Shown here in pieces: positions 1 through 10,769 of a DNA stretch of 64,000 bases. Source of the DNA: a virus (lineage: Duplodnaviria; Caudoviricetes); IMG/VR virus record IMGVR_UViG_3300031993_000016. One strand, given 5' to 3'. Position numbers and translations under genes: made by a program. Position 1 is the stretch's first letter, and each line of letters opens with the position of its first letter. The notes beneath the pieces are model-generated. The model worked only from the letters and a program-made list of their open reading frames with translations, was not told where the DNA came from and did not search any database.

Positions 1-413
1 AGTTCTAAACTATGTTGTTTTATTCTTTCTTGAATCTCAGCACTTTGAGATAAATTATCTACACCATATCGAGATTTTACAGTCTGATGAACCTTTTCTT
101 TAATATCACTGCGCTGTAGTGGATTAGCTGCTCCATATCGTTCTAAATTAGTAGCTTCTCGTTTCTGTTGAGCTTGTAATTTAGCTTCAGCAGATCTATT
201 TTGATGTCCCTCGGAAATAACAATCTTTCGGCATTCTGAACATGTTCGAGGCCCATATTTCATATAATTTACATAAGATTCTTTTACTAACAACGGTTGG
301 CCGCATCGAGCGCATGGTCTATAATGATCATCTCCACAAGACTGTGCTTTTGCAGAATGCGCCATAAAAACTTTACCACACCATACACATTTTCTTTCAC
401 CATAGTTTCGCAT
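1..413 (-). CDS. Partial Zn-ribbon/repeat protein, probable homing-endonuclease N-terminus (runs off window; not in ORF track)
   Basis: GGAGG then ATG at 413. Manual translation gives MRNYGERKCVWCGK...CARCGQ...CSECRK...TNLERYGAANPLQRSDIKEKVHQTVKSRYGVDNLSQ, a RYG-x-x-N repeat typical of phage endonuclease N-termini. Confidence 0.6.
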   Translation of the reverse strand, partial: MRNYGERKCVWCGKVFMAHSAKAQSCGDDHYRPCARCGQPLLVKESYVNYMKYGPRTCSECRKIVISEGHQNRSAEAKLQAQQKREATNLERYGAANPLQRSDIKEKVHQTVKSRYGVDNLSQSAEIQERIKQHSLE

Positions 414-472
414 AGATAACCTCCTTTAATAAATAAAAGGTTTGTTGATTTGATTACTATAACGAATTTAAC

Positions 473-504
473 AAAAAACAAGACCCAGATTGCTCTGAGT
501 CTTG
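473..504 (-). terminator. Intrinsic terminator after tail sheath
   Basis: Minus strand CAAGACTCAGA-GCAA-TCTGGGTCTTG followed by TTTTTT. Confidence 0.8.
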
Positions 505-531
505 TGTTGAAACAAATTGTATCAAGTATGA

Positions 532-2712
532 TTAGCTTAATGAACTAAGATCAATACCTGCACCGGCAGGTAATGCAATAAGATCTACGTAAATATCGTT
601 TATAACTCCATTTACTAGGAGCCAAATTTTTCCAATAACAGTGTTAGCATTAACATGATCTAATTCATCAATGTCCGCTGACATCTGAACACGATAGCCA
701 TCGATTGCACCAACATTCTTCATTGTATCAAGAAGTGGTGTCACACCTGCATAAAACTTATTATAAGCCTGACCATTATTATATTGGAATGTGATGCTTA
801 TTCCGCATTTGTAAACTACATCTTCTACTGCATTTACTAAGAAACGAGTTGAAAGATTTGCAAGTGCCTGATAAGTTGCAGGAGGTACTTCAAATAATGT
901 TGAGTTACCCCAGATGTTTGTGCCGAGGTCTGGGATTGTTGTAAGTACGTTTACAGATACTCCGTCAAGTTTCTGCCATTTATCAAGTAATTTCTTTGGT
1001 ACTGTGTAATCAAGTTTTCCAATTCTTACATTGTGTTGTCTATTTGTTGGAAGTGCCCATTCATACTGTGTAGGCTGATTGAGGATCTGTGCTCTTTGTA
1101 TCATAAGTGCTGCGAATGAAGGAGATGCTTCACTCATTCTGCTTGTACCTACATACTGGAATTGTGTCCATGGTGCAAAGAATCCACAATGTGTGTGGAA
1201 GAGTGATCCATTTACATCAAGTGCTGCGTTTACAGGTGTTACACGAGCTAACATCTGTACATAACCTGCACGATCTGGATTAGCTTCATCCTCAATGTGA
1301 ACGAACTTTCTTTCTACCATATGCGGTACATCAATGTAACCTGTTGCACATCTGCTGTAGTATGCTACGTCCATTATCTTAAGGTTAAGCGGAGAGACTG
1401 GAATTGGACAAGATCCTGATGATGGTGTAGGATAATATGTACTGATGATTGTAGAATTATCTGTATACATGAAATAATCTTGATCATCCCAACCTGGGCT
1501 TATTACACGATTCGGGTTGTAAGAAAGTTTGTCTTTGAGAAGATCAAATACACCACCTACAGGCTGTCCATTTGAATCAACATAAGTACCGCCTACAAGA
1601 TGTGTAAATAACCATTCTCTATAGTATAATGAACATTTTGTATCGTCATCAAGTGCAGCTTGTACAGTTGAATCAGCAACAGCGGTTGGATACGTATAAG
1701 TAGCTGAATTTGCAGCTACTTGGTAAGCTTCTGCCCAATCATATCTAGGTTTTGCAATGTTTTCAAATGACATTGTTCCGCTAGTATATGTTGTGATATA
1801 ATCTGTACCAGCAGTAGCTGTTGTACTTCCAAGTATAGCAGCTGTACCAGTTGATGGAACTTCATCCCACTTTGTAGCGTCCCAGGCACCTGTTGTATCA
1901 TCAGCCTTGCATTTATATACGTTACATTCATGATATACAAGTGCATCTTTTGCATATGTAGCAGTTGCATCAAATGCTGTAACCCCTGCAGTAGATACTA
2001 CAATGTCCGCAGAAGTTGAAGACTCATCAACTGTACCAGTGATATTTGTAATATCCCAGAACTTAGATTCAACTTCTTTGTAGTAAAGAATACTGTCTGT
2101 TGAATTAGCAGCATTGAATACAAGTGTCTTTGACTCAGCTGCAGTTTTTACACCACTAGAATCTACAATATAAGTAATAATGTTCCAATAGAACTTAGTT
2201 GTTTGTGACTCCCTATCATAATAAGCAACTTTGCTAACTACAATCTGGAGATTATTTCCAAATGTTCCAGGATACTTTGCTCTGAAACTGATAGTAGCTG
2301 CACTATCTGTATTATTCTTATACTGATACTGCGTAAAGCTGCCCTGTGCATAAGTTCCAGGGCACAGACGACATACAAGTATATCATAACCAGCAGTGAG
2401 TAATGTAGTTGCTATCTGATATGAATAATCTTTTGCAAGTCTATAACCTGCAGCAGGTCCACGATAAGTAGATACAAATGCATCAAGTCCTGCCTGTGTA
2501 GCAGGAAATCGCTGCCAAGCGGTTTGCTCAAGCATATCGCTTACAGCATCACCATATCCAGCCCCACTTGGCTGAATACCAGAAGCAGCAGTTGGATCAA
2601 AGTATCCAGGACCCCAGCAAGATGTAATTGGAAGTGCTACGGTAGCATATCCACCATCTCCAACAGCCCAAGAATAATTTGTGCTGATTTCATTTATGAC
2701 AATTTTAGCCAT
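532..2712 (-). CDS. Contractile tail sheath protein with inserted CBM5/12-like module
   Basis: 726 aa; N-terminal WGP motif, AKYPGTFGNNL, and C-terminal IWGNSTL...LSTRFL...GAIDGYRVQM are sheath-like. Internal FDATATYAKDALVYHECNVYKC...WDATKW module. Confidence 0.85.
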   Translation of the reverse strand: MAKIVINEISTNYSWAVGDGGYATVALPITSCWGPGYFDPTAASGIQPSGAGYGDAVSDMLEQTAWQRFPATQAGLDAFVSTYRGPAAGYRLAKDYSYQIATTLLTAGYDILVCRLCPGTYAQGSFTQYQYKNNTDSAATISFRAKYPGTFGNNLQIVVSKVAYYDRESQTTKFYWNIITYIVDSSGVKTAAESKTLVFNAANSTDSILYYKEVESKFWDITNITGTVDESSTSADIVVSTAGVTAFDATATYAKDALVYHECNVYKCKADDTTGAWDATKWDEVPSTGTAAILGSTTATAGTDYITTYTSGTMSFENIAKPRYDWAEAYQVAANSATYTYPTAVADSTVQAALDDDTKCSLYYREWLFTHLVGGTYVDSNGQPVGGVFDLLKDKLSYNPNRVISPGWDDQDYFMYTDNSTIISTYYPTPSSGSCPIPVSPLNLKIMDVAYYSRCATGYIDVPHMVERKFVHIEDEANPDRAGYVQMLARVTPVNAALDVNGSLFHTHCGFFAPWTQFQYVGTSRMSEASPSFAALMIQRAQILNQPTQYEWALPTNRQHNVRIGKLDYTVPKKLLDKWQKLDGVSVNVLTTIPDLGTNIWGNSTLFEVPPATYQALANLSTRFLVNAVEDVVYKCGISITFQYNNGQAYNKFYAGVTPLLDTMKNVGAIDGYRVQMSADIDELDHVNANTVIGKIWLLVNGVINDIYVDLIALPAGAGIDLSSLS

Positions 2713-2968
2713 TTACGGATTCCTCCTTTTCTTCATTTTTTGTTGATTTATTTTGAGACTCTGATTCAGATTTCTTAGATTCAACTGAAGGTTTAGTTGA
2801 TGATTTTGTAGTAGACTTAGGCGCTTGCTTAGGAGCAGGTGCAATAGGTCTTTCGCAACGTTGGAAATCCTTATCATTTATGTATCCAGGTACTTCTTTG
2901 ATTTCACCTGGATTGAAGGTTACGCCGTAAAAGGTTTTTGTGGCTATTGACATGTTTTTATAAAACAT
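2705..2968 (-). CDS. Small hypothetical protein preceding sheath
   Basis: GAGGAGG RBS; low-complexity K/S/E tail; late-type motif at 3001-3010. Confidence 0.55.
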   Translation of the reverse strand: MFYKNMSIATKTFYGVTFNPGEIKEVPGYINDKDFQRCERPIAPAPKQAPKSTTKSSTKPSVESKKSESESQNKSTKNEEKEESVNG

Positions 2969-3009
2969 ATTTGTACTCTACCTCCTCATTTGATAACATT
3001 ATTAAAGGT

Positions 3010-3612
3010 TCATTCTTGTATATCTACTTCGTGCGCCATTCGTTTTAATTTAGCTGGTGTATAAGTTACTAAAACGGCACCATCAATATGTAGTTGAATT
3101 GTAGCTGAATAGAGCTTGCCCTCTTGTAGATAATTAGATGAAGTAGTTTGACGTTCTATATTTGTAGATGGATCAATTCTAACACCAAATCGAATCTTAC
3201 GCTTAGATTCATAAGGTATTTTAAATGTTATGAAATACTGACTTGTGTATTTAAATAATAATTCACGAATCAATTCATCAATATCTGCAGTATTTGTAGC
3301 CATACATACAAGATCATAATCTAGTTTAATTGGAAGTACTTTCTCATAGTATAATTCATTAGTTTTCTTGTCAAATACAGTGGCAACACCTTCATGTAAC
3401 CTAGTGTAGTTTAGTCGATCGTTATCAACAGGTGTATCGTCATGTCGGTTAACTGCAATCACAGGAAACTTGATTTTGTCTTCTTGTACCTGTGCTGCAA
3501 TAGTTAACACACTATCAGGTGATACTATATACACTGCAGGCTCTTGTCCAGGTTCTACTGCAAAAGATTGTCGTAAATCTGCAACTATTGCGTTATCGTA
3601 TGCCCAAAGCAT
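3010..3612 (-). CDS. Putative tail terminator/completion protein (gp15-like)
   Basis: Position between neck and sheath; KFPVIAVNR and PIKLDYDL...DELIRELL pattern. Confidence 0.5.
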   Translation of the reverse strand: MLWAYDNAIVADLRQSFAVEPGQEPAVYIVSPDSVLTIAAQVQEDKIKFPVIAVNRHDDTPVDNDRLNYTRLHEGVATVFDKKTNELYYEKVLPIKLDYDLVCMATNTADIDELIRELLFKYTSQYFITFKIPYESKRKIRFGVRIDPSTNIERQTTSSNYLQEGKLYSATIQLHIDGAVLVTYTPAKLKRMAHEVDIQE

Positions 3613-4226
3613 TAATTATCACCTCGCTTCTGTCCAGTGAAATTAGGATCTTGATCTTCTGCAGCTGTATGATAATTCCCTCGATAATCTACATTTGGTT
3701 TTAAGAAATTGTTAGATTTATCGAATTTCTTCTCAACTTCTTTCTTAGTATATCCTGTAGGTTGTTTCTCATCATATACAGGAATAACCTGAGCCACGAG
3801 GTGATCTGGTGCGGCAATATCATATGTAATTTCTGTAACACGAAACAATCTATCAGGTAATTCACTGTATTGACCAGATATTCTAAACAGACAATCCTTT
3901 TGCATATGTGGCAGATGAAAACTGCAATGAATTAAGAATGGGAGGTTCTGATCATTTTCAACTACCCAACCATATCGCTTAAATGTTTTCACTTTCGGAT
4001 TACCTTCAAAGAATATGTGAGTGTTGATATATTCTGAATAAGAATCTATTACAGTTTCACCTTGAGCATTGGGCTCAGGTTTAAGTGGATACTGATAGAT
4101 AGCTGATATACCTTGAAGCTGCAATGCTTCATCATACCTGTTTCGCATTAATTTTATGTCAGGACCGATAAGATTAACTGCCATCACTATCACCACTTTC
4201 AGCTGCATTTTGAGCAATGATATCAT
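3612..4226 (-). CDS. Putative neck/head-closure protein (probable start MAVNL at 4184)
   Basis: Synteny between portal and tail terminator; beta-rich, RLFRVTEI motif. Confidence 0.4.
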   Translation of the reverse strand: MISLLKMQLKVVIVMAVNLIGPDIKLMRNRYDEALQLQGISAIYQYPLKPEPNAQGETVIDSYSEYINTHIFFEGNPKVKTFKRYGWVVENDQNLPFLIHCSFHLPHMQKDCLFRISGQYSELPDRLFRVTEITYDIAAPDHLVAQVIPVYDEKQPTGYTKKEVEKKFDKSNNFLKPNVDYRGNYHTAAEDQDPNFTGQKRGDN

Positions 4227-4830
4227 CTATGCTATCAACTTCATCCATAAGCCAATCCCATCTATACTGCTTGGTTTCACTCATATTAGTTAAATTAATT
4301 GCAGTACCTTCGATGAGAGCATCAGTGAATTCCTTTTCGCTAGGACTGTATCCGTTATTCAACCAATCACCTAATGGATTAGATTGAAATGCTACAATTT
4401 TTGGCTCCCATTGTTGTACATGATTTTTATAATGCCATGTATTGATTATGCGAATTTTGTCATAGCCTAATCCTCGAAGTGTCATCAGATATTCAATCTG
4501 AGGTCCGCTGATTCCTAATTTCTGTGCAAATTCAATTATGAATCCATATCTGCGAAGTTCATTGAGAATAGCTTCTGCAGATAACTCTTCAGGACTATAC
4601 TCATCTACATCAGATACAAGTACACCATCTGCTTCTAATACACATGCAAACAATGTACCAATTACTGGGTGATCTACGCTTATGCGAAATCCTGTAAGTA
4701 AATCATTATTGAATAAATCCGCTATATGTATTCGTAATTCTCTGCTGTTATTAGATAAACACTTTGGAAGATCTCTCCAATTAGTTATTCTATACTGCAG
4801 AGGCGGTTGATTCATCGTCACTATTACCAC
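4174..4830 (-). CDS. Hypothetical protein
   Basis: 218 aa ORF in packed operon. Confidence 0.6.
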   Translation of the reverse strand: MVIVTMNQPPLQYRITNWRDLPKCLSNNSRELRIHIADLFNNDLLTGFRISVDHPVIGTLFACVLEADGVLVSDVDEYSPEELSAEAILNELRRYGFIIEFAQKLGISGPQIEYLMTLRGLGYDKIRIINTWHYKNHVQQWEPKIVAFQSNPLGDWLNNGYSPSEKEFTDALIEGTAINLTNMSETKQYRWDWLMDEVDSIDDIIAQNAAESGDSDGS

Positions 4831-5149
4831 CTCTCATTTCTCTTACATGTCGTTTCAATTCAATCTGAAAAGGTTTCAATAAATCAAGATTGACACTTGG
4901 ATATTCACTGAAGTAGGTAGCGATCATATCAATCTTGAGTTTGAAGTATAATACTCGTTTATCTTCGGCACTGATTTCAGGATGCCGTTCAGCGAATATG
5001 AAATATCGAGTCACTACACTAGAAAATGCCTTATGTACTGTCGGATCATCTTGATCAAGCGTAGCTCGTTCAATAGTCCGGAAGTTACTTGAATTAAAAT
5101 TTTTTAAATCCTTAAAGAAGAGTTGGGTTAACTCTAAACTAGAAAGCAT
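4790..5149 (-). CDS. Hypothetical protein
   Basis: 119 aa ORF overlapping portal end, AGGAGG RBS. Confidence 0.6.
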   Translation of the reverse strand: MLSSLELTQLFFKDLKNFNSSNFRTIERATLDQDDPTVHKAFSSVVTRYFIFAERHPEISAEDKRVLYFKLKIDMIATYFSEYPSVNLDLLKPFQIELKRHVREMRGGNSDDESTASAV

Positions 5150-6659
5150 TTGCCGGTCCTCCTTGTTCTGCAGATTCAGTTACGTCTACATTCCATTCTA
5201 TTGCATTAGCACCAAGTTGTGGGAATACTTCAGAAAGAATTTCTACTAAAGCTGTTTGATAGTCTTTCTTATCAGATACACCTAAATTCTTAAGTAAATC
5301 TACAAGTGTTTGTGCTTGACTTAATGCGGAATCACGTTTTTCAAACTGTACAGTGGATTGTGTAGTGATAATTGGATTCATATGTAATTTGAACATATTA
5401 ACAAATCCACTCATATTCCGTGCAATGAAATACTTGTTAATTGCGTCAGTCCAGCCCTGTATGTATGCATTCTCAAGACGTTGTAAAGAATTAGCGTATA
5501 GTGCAGATCTTTGTGACAGTACAGAACCCGCACCACCTAAACCTTCATTAGATGAAAAGTTCATTGCTTCTTTCGGTACACCTAAAACTGATAACTTCTT
5601 ATCCTGATAGTAATTAAGTAAATTATTATCAGCTTCGCTAGATTCTGCCATGTTTAAATCTGTAATAGATATTGCATCATTTCCATTTATCCTTGGAAGG
5701 TAAATGAGATTATTAGGGGATTGTGGGTTTACAAAACTCTGAGCATCTCCAGAAGCTGTATTCAATGCTAACTGTTGCTCAATAGCATCTTTAATCTGCT
5801 GAAGAGCATCTCGAATCTCCTCCTCTTGCGTACCACATTCAACATTTAAAAATTTAATAGTTCTAGATAATGATGATAATACTACCGCATCTTCAAGTAA
5901 CCCCAATGTTTGTGTAGGCTGTACAGCTCTAGACATAAGAGGTTCTGCAAACTGTATGTCATAAGTTATAGGATCACCTTCAGAATCTACACTGTCAATC
6001 GTATAATCACCTAATAATCCACCTAATGTAAAATGTATACAAGCAGTTTCTGGAAGTATGAGTATCTCAGATTGTATAGCTTTATCATCCGGATCCATCA
6101 GATATCCAGTAGGCTCACCACGATGCCAAAGATGTATGATAGTTTCAGGTGGTATTTTATACGATGGGATTATATCAAAATCTTCCTCTGGAATAGTATT
6201 ATTATCAAGTGCAACATGCTTGTGTGTATACATTGAAGCACTGTCTTTGTATAAATAAGTTGTAGGTATGTAGAGATTACCAATGGTTGCTAATTCAAGT
6301 ATATGATCTCTAGCATACTTATCAACTGCCCAACGTTTAAATAATGCGTTTACTATCTCAGCAGCTTGCTTACATTGTTTTGTATTATCTGCAGCTGTTG
6401 CCCATATGATCTCACCTGCAGTATTCGTTGTAGTAGCATCTGTTGCATAGTATGAAAGCGCTGTGCTGATCTGTGAATCATTTGCAAGTGCTCTCATAGT
6501 ATCAATTTGAGTTTTAATATCTGCAAAACTTGTGTTACCGCGTATATCAGATATTCTATATAAGGAACCTGTTATGACTGTTCTGAGCCAGGATTTCGGT
6601 CTATCTAGAAGCTTAGAACGTCTGGGCACTAATTTATCAAGCCATCGATTTTTCGCCAA
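5139..6659 (-). CDS. Portal protein (T4 gp20-like)
   Basis: 506 aa, near terminase; LLEDAVVLSSLSR, LIYLPR...ITDL and YYQDKKLSVLGVPK match gp20-type portal motifs. Confidence 0.8.
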   Translation of the reverse strand: MAKNRWLDKLVPRRSKLLDRPKSWLRTVITGSLYRISDIRGNTSFADIKTQIDTMRALANDSQISTALSYYATDATTTNTAGEIIWATAADNTKQCKQAAEIVNALFKRWAVDKYARDHILELATIGNLYIPTTYLYKDSASMYTHKHVALDNNTIPEEDFDIIPSYKIPPETIIHLWHRGEPTGYLMDPDDKAIQSEILILPETACIHFTLGGLLGDYTIDSVDSEGDPITYDIQFAEPLMSRAVQPTQTLGLLEDAVVLSSLSRTIKFLNVECGTQEEEIRDALQQIKDAIEQQLALNTASGDAQSFVNPQSPNNLIYLPRINGNDAISITDLNMAESSEADNNLLNYYQDKKLSVLGVPKEAMNFSSNEGLGGAGSVLSQRSALYANSLQRLENAYIQGWTDAINKYFIARNMSGFVNMFKLHMNPIITTQSTVQFEKRDSALSQAQTLVDLLKNLGVSDKKDYQTALVEILSEVFPQLGANAIEWNVDVTESAEQGGPANAF

Positions 6660-6685
6660 TGTTCAATACCTCCTCTATAGAAATA

Positions 6686-8281
6686 TTAAAGGTTCTCAGC
6701 CAGATCTTTGTCGATATCATACTGTGTGAAGAATTCAGATTCAGACATGATAGGTACACGACGCTTTCTAGCTTCAATAACAGCATGGCCATTGATGTTT
6801 TCTTGAGCATCACCAATAAGTACACAGTTAACATCATCAACTAATTCTGTTACAACATCTGCAGAATAACTACGCAGAATGTTGCTGATTTCATCAATGC
6901 TGCCATGCAAAAATGTTCCGGTAAGCATGATAAGTTTATCTCTAAATATTGGATCACCTTCAAACTTCTTAGTTTGTTTAACAAGATGAATGTTGCTAAG
7001 TTTGAAAAATTCTATGACATCCGAACAATTTTCATTATCAGATATCCAAGTGAAGAATCTATTGAATGCACCGAGCTCTAATTCTAAATCTACTTTCATT
7101 CTATCAGGATGCTGCAGATAGTATTGTAAAGTCTGCATAGAATTGCTGCAAGCATCGCATAACTGATTAATTTGAACCATGCTCGGAAGGATTGACTTCG
7201 GAATGATTGCCCTAAGCCCTTCAGATAATGTGACATCAACTTCACGATCTTTGTATGTAGCTTTATCAAATGTATCAAGTACAGAAAATATAGTACCAAT
7301 TTCATCTGAATATACTCTATAGTCTTCAAATGACATAAGTGGAAGATGCAAACATTTACATAACTGCAATACTCTAGGATATAATACAGAATTGCACTGA
7401 GGATCTGAGCATCTAACATTACCAGATGGTGGTACTACAATCTGTTTACCGCAGCATTCGCATTGTATCTTATTAGATAACACAGAATCTCGCTTATTAG
7501 TAGATGCAGAAATACTATGGATTATAGCACTTTCAGAATTTCGAACTACTAAGCTGTCAACTTGTACGTTGAATCTAACAATTGTAGAATATGGTACAGT
7601 CTGAATTTCATTAGTATCATAAGTTATGATACCAATAATATCACCAAATTCTGTGTATGTACGAAGTACATCTACAACTATATCTTGTTTGAGTTGTATC
7701 TTTGGATAAGATATAGAATGGTCTCTGTGAAATACAATGTAGCTATCAATTAATGGGTAAGTAAATGGGTAGTTCTGTGTAACCATGTATCTGAATTTAT
7801 CTTCAGTTATCTCACTAGGCATAACATATCCAGGAAGTAATGTAAATTTCGATGTAGATAACCATTGTCTAGTAGCTACTGCACCCTTGAACTTAACTGA
7901 TAAACTCTGGATGTCACCTGCATAGAACGTGAATGAATTTGGATCAGCTAAGTACAGCTGTTTGAATTCTGCTTGAATGGATTCTGGATGTTTTCGTAAA
8001 GACGACGCTACATCATTTGTTACAAATACACCACGAACATAAGACGTACCACCTGTAACCGATATCTTATTAGGTATCTGCTTGTTTTTAAGAACAAGTG
8101 GTAGGATGGATTCAGTCTCATCTACCCATTCATCTTGTTCATGATTGAGCATAACTTTCTGGATCAATCCTTTATCACTATATTGAATAGTGACTGCTAA
8201 TCCAAATGGTACAAGTGCTACATATTCACCTGACTGTAGTGACACCTCTCGACCTGATTGTAGAAGGTTTCTTACAAACAT
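6686..8281 (-). CDS. NAD-dependent DNA ligase-like protein with Zn finger and BRCT, catalytic KxDG lost
   Basis: VPFGLAVTIQY aligns to KxDGLAVSLxY; YVRGVF; CECCG...RCSDPQC; C-terminal BRCT (IMLTGTF...ARKRRVPIMSESEF). Confidence 0.75.
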   Translation of the reverse strand: MFVRNLLQSGREVSLQSGEYVALVPFGLAVTIQYSDKGLIQKVMLNHEQDEWVDETESILPLVLKNKQIPNKISVTGGTSYVRGVFVTNDVASSLRKHPESIQAEFKQLYLADPNSFTFYAGDIQSLSVKFKGAVATRQWLSTSKFTLLPGYVMPSEITEDKFRYMVTQNYPFTYPLIDSYIVFHRDHSISYPKIQLKQDIVVDVLRTYTEFGDIIGIITYDTNEIQTVPYSTIVRFNVQVDSLVVRNSESAIIHSISASTNKRDSVLSNKIQCECCGKQIVVPPSGNVRCSDPQCNSVLYPRVLQLCKCLHLPLMSFEDYRVYSDEIGTIFSVLDTFDKATYKDREVDVTLSEGLRAIIPKSILPSMVQINQLCDACSNSMQTLQYYLQHPDRMKVDLELELGAFNRFFTWISDNENCSDVIEFFKLSNIHLVKQTKKFEGDPIFRDKLIMLTGTFLHGSIDEISNILRSYSADVVTELVDDVNCVLIGDAQENINGHAVIEARKRRVPIMSESEFFTQYDIDKDLAENL

Positions 8282-8296
8282 TTAATTACCTCTCTT

Positions 8297-10207
8297 TCAT
8301 CTTTTATATTTTGTATATGGGCCGGAAAACATTGACAAACCTTTGTATGCTGCATTCCGGTTATTAACAGATGCAATTGCAGAAGCTACATGACTTGGTT
8401 GCGGAGTTGGTTGTGAATGCTCAAGTGTGAGTGTGTAGCATGCTCCGCATACACAATCTGCTACGTCCTTTGACCCATTTGCAGGGTGATCTATTTTATT
8501 ATTTACACGTTGCAAGTGAATTAATTCGTTATCACGTAATTCATTAGCAACTAATTCTATACGTTGATCATATAATATGTTTTTCAAACCGATATATGGC
8601 TCTTCGGACCTATCAACTGAGATTTTAGCTGTTTTGAACCCTTGACCACTGAGTACTTCTCTCATATAACTAGACTGATACTGGTCAGTTGAAATTGTTC
8701 CTATGTTGAACCCGTTTCGTCGTAACCAAAGTATGAAATTAACTACTTTCTGAAAGGATAATCTATCCCCTGTCGGTCGTTGTATACCTACAGAAAATAT
8801 CTCTTTGAAGTATGGCATACTGATTTTTCTACCTTCAAAATCAGTCACTACCTTACTGCCGTCTACGCATACACCTGCCATACCTGTTCTGTCACCAGTT
8901 TCAGATAAGTCAAGATGTATATTTAGTAAACAACTTTTCAATCGACTAGGTACTGCTTCAAGATGAAAAAATTCTTCTATTGTATTTTTATCTTGAGTTC
9001 CTACTTCTATAACATCAGTATAAAACGGGTTATGCCGAGTATCTGTAATATTAGGGGTAATAGCTGCTTGCGTGATAAATCCCATAGCACCTATGATAGA
9101 AATACCTGCGACATCTCTTAAAGATATGTCATAATCTGCAAGAAATCGAGTTCGCAGATCTGCAGGAGCTTCGATAACTTGATAACCTTGACGAATGTAT
9201 TCTTGCCGATGTTCTTCGTCATCATTTTCTTCTGGTATAACAAACCCTTTCTTGTATCGATCTCCTACCGTAAAATGAAATACTTCTTTGCTGAATCGTT
9301 CTTTAGGTAATACCTTCCATTGAGGTTGATCTACTAAATAAAGATGAGAATTACCTGCATTCATCTGCGTTTCGATATGATCAGACAAGAAATCCGAATC
9401 TGTATTTTTTGACGAAGCTGCTACAATCTTTCCATAAACTTCTCCGTTCAAAGAAAACGTACCAGCAATACGTGCATTAATAGTGTCATATAAACTTTTC
9501 ATATGTTGCTTTGCTAACGATATGTCTTTTATACCAGATTTAGCAAAGTTGCATTCGTCAATAACGCAACAAAATGTAGTTTTTCCTAAGAAATTTGTTG
9601 CAGATGATCCAGCAACAATTTCTATATCGCCGCTATCTGGAACATATATCTGGTTTACAGTGCCTCGATTCATTGCACCATGATCCATGAACCAAGGTGA
9701 ATGTTTCATTGTTTGATTAAAATCTGCAAATGCTACCCCCTCAGCTAAATCTTTTGTAAGATTAGCAAATGCTATTGTCATCTTAGCAGTAGGCTGCAGA
9801 TGAAAATACTTTTGCGGCTGTCGATACAACATCAATTTATATAACATATATGCAACGATTTTGACAGCAGTTGCACTTTTGCCCAAACGCGTAGCTCCTG
9901 ACAAAATTATCTCATTATACTGATTGCCATGGTTGAATATATCTGTTAAAGTTTTTCGCCAAAACGGATAAACTTGTGCGCCATTATCAGTACTTTGACC
10001 TAAATAGTAAGGATCACTTATAAAACGGTCAATAGAAACTGGCACTTCTGTAAAATCCGCAAGCCATATATCTCGATATGTTTGAGATTCTCCATGTGTT
10101 GCAACTTCTTCAAGTATTTGGCGTAATATAACCTGTTCTGCAGGGGGTGAAGATGCATATATGCTTTGGATACGTTCAATTACATTTTCATCAATTAAAT
10201 CTGCCAT
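8297..10207 (-). CDS. terL: Terminase large subunit
   Basis: Walker A GATRLGKS, Walker B CCVIDE, nuclease HLDLS...DRTG, DQYQS, KIDHP...KDVAD. Confidence 0.92.
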   Translation of the reverse strand: MADLIDENVIERIQSIYASSPPAEQVILRQILEEVATHGESQTYRDIWLADFTEVPVSIDRFISDPYYLGQSTDNGAQVYPFWRKTLTDIFNHGNQYNEIILSGATRLGKSATAVKIVAYMLYKLMLYRQPQKYFHLQPTAKMTIAFANLTKDLAEGVAFADFNQTMKHSPWFMDHGAMNRGTVNQIYVPDSGDIEIVAGSSATNFLGKTTFCCVIDECNFAKSGIKDISLAKQHMKSLYDTINARIAGTFSLNGEVYGKIVAASSKNTDSDFLSDHIETQMNAGNSHLYLVDQPQWKVLPKERFSKEVFHFTVGDRYKKGFVIPEENDDEEHRQEYIRQGYQVIEAPADLRTRFLADYDISLRDVAGISIIGAMGFITQAAITPNITDTRHNPFYTDVIEVGTQDKNTIEEFFHLEAVPSRLKSCLLNIHLDLSETGDRTGMAGVCVDGSKVVTDFEGRKISMPYFKEIFSVGIQRPTGDRLSFQKVVNFILWLRRNGFNIGTISTDQYQSSYMREVLSGQGFKTAKISVDRSEEPYIGLKNILYDQRIELVANELRDNELIHLQRVNNKIDHPANGSKDVADCVCGACYTLTLEHSQPTPQPSHVASAIASVNNRNAAYKGLSMFSGPYTKYKR

Positions 10208-10215
10208 ATTATCAC

Positions 10216-10731
10216 CTAACTTGCACTATCAACGGTTTCAAGTGCTCGGAGTACTTGTTGTGCACTAGTTCTAAGTGTTTCTCTAGACTCTTTTGTAAGT
10301 ACACCAGCTGCATTTGTTTCTGATTGCTCTATAACTGCAGGAGAGAGTGTTTCGATATTAAATAACTCGCTGTTTAAATATGGTTCAAGTAACTTATGAG
10401 ACTCAATCATATTTTTCTGTAGTTTCTCTTGTATAGTTAAAAGTGACATCCATGTAGTTGGGTTATCATCATCCATCATATCAATAGATGCATCAATTGC
10501 TTTATACAATTTGTCTTCAATCTTATCCATCATCTCAATATATTTAATAATTCTAGATACTTGATGATATACTCGAAGTATTGTTATATTTTTGATAGCT
10601 TGTCCTGCTGAATATATGTCTTCATTACAACACAATAAGGACGCACGCATCTTTGCGACGTCCTCTTTTTGTTTATGTATTAATGGATCGGTTGATATGA
10701 TGCTTTGATTGACGGTTTCAATATTCGGCAT
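10216..10731 (-). CDS. Putative terminase small subunit
   Basis: 171 aa helical ORF immediately upstream of terL; synteny only. Confidence 0.35.
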   Translation of the reverse strand: MPNIETVNQSIISTDPLIHKQKEDVAKMRASLLCCNEDIYSAGQAIKNITILRVYHQVSRIIKYIEMMDKIEDKLYKAIDASIDMMDDDNPTTWMSLLTIQEKLQKNMIESHKLLEPYLNSELFNIETLSPAVIEQSETNAAGVLTKESRETLRTSAQQVLRALETVDSAS

Positions 10732-10769
10732 ATTCGTTCTCCTAATTATTCAGATTTAAGATGAAAAAT

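Noticed and set aside
287-481. 64-aa ORF in the track
   Set aside because: It overlaps promoter motifs; the RBS-supported gene is in another frame starting at 413.
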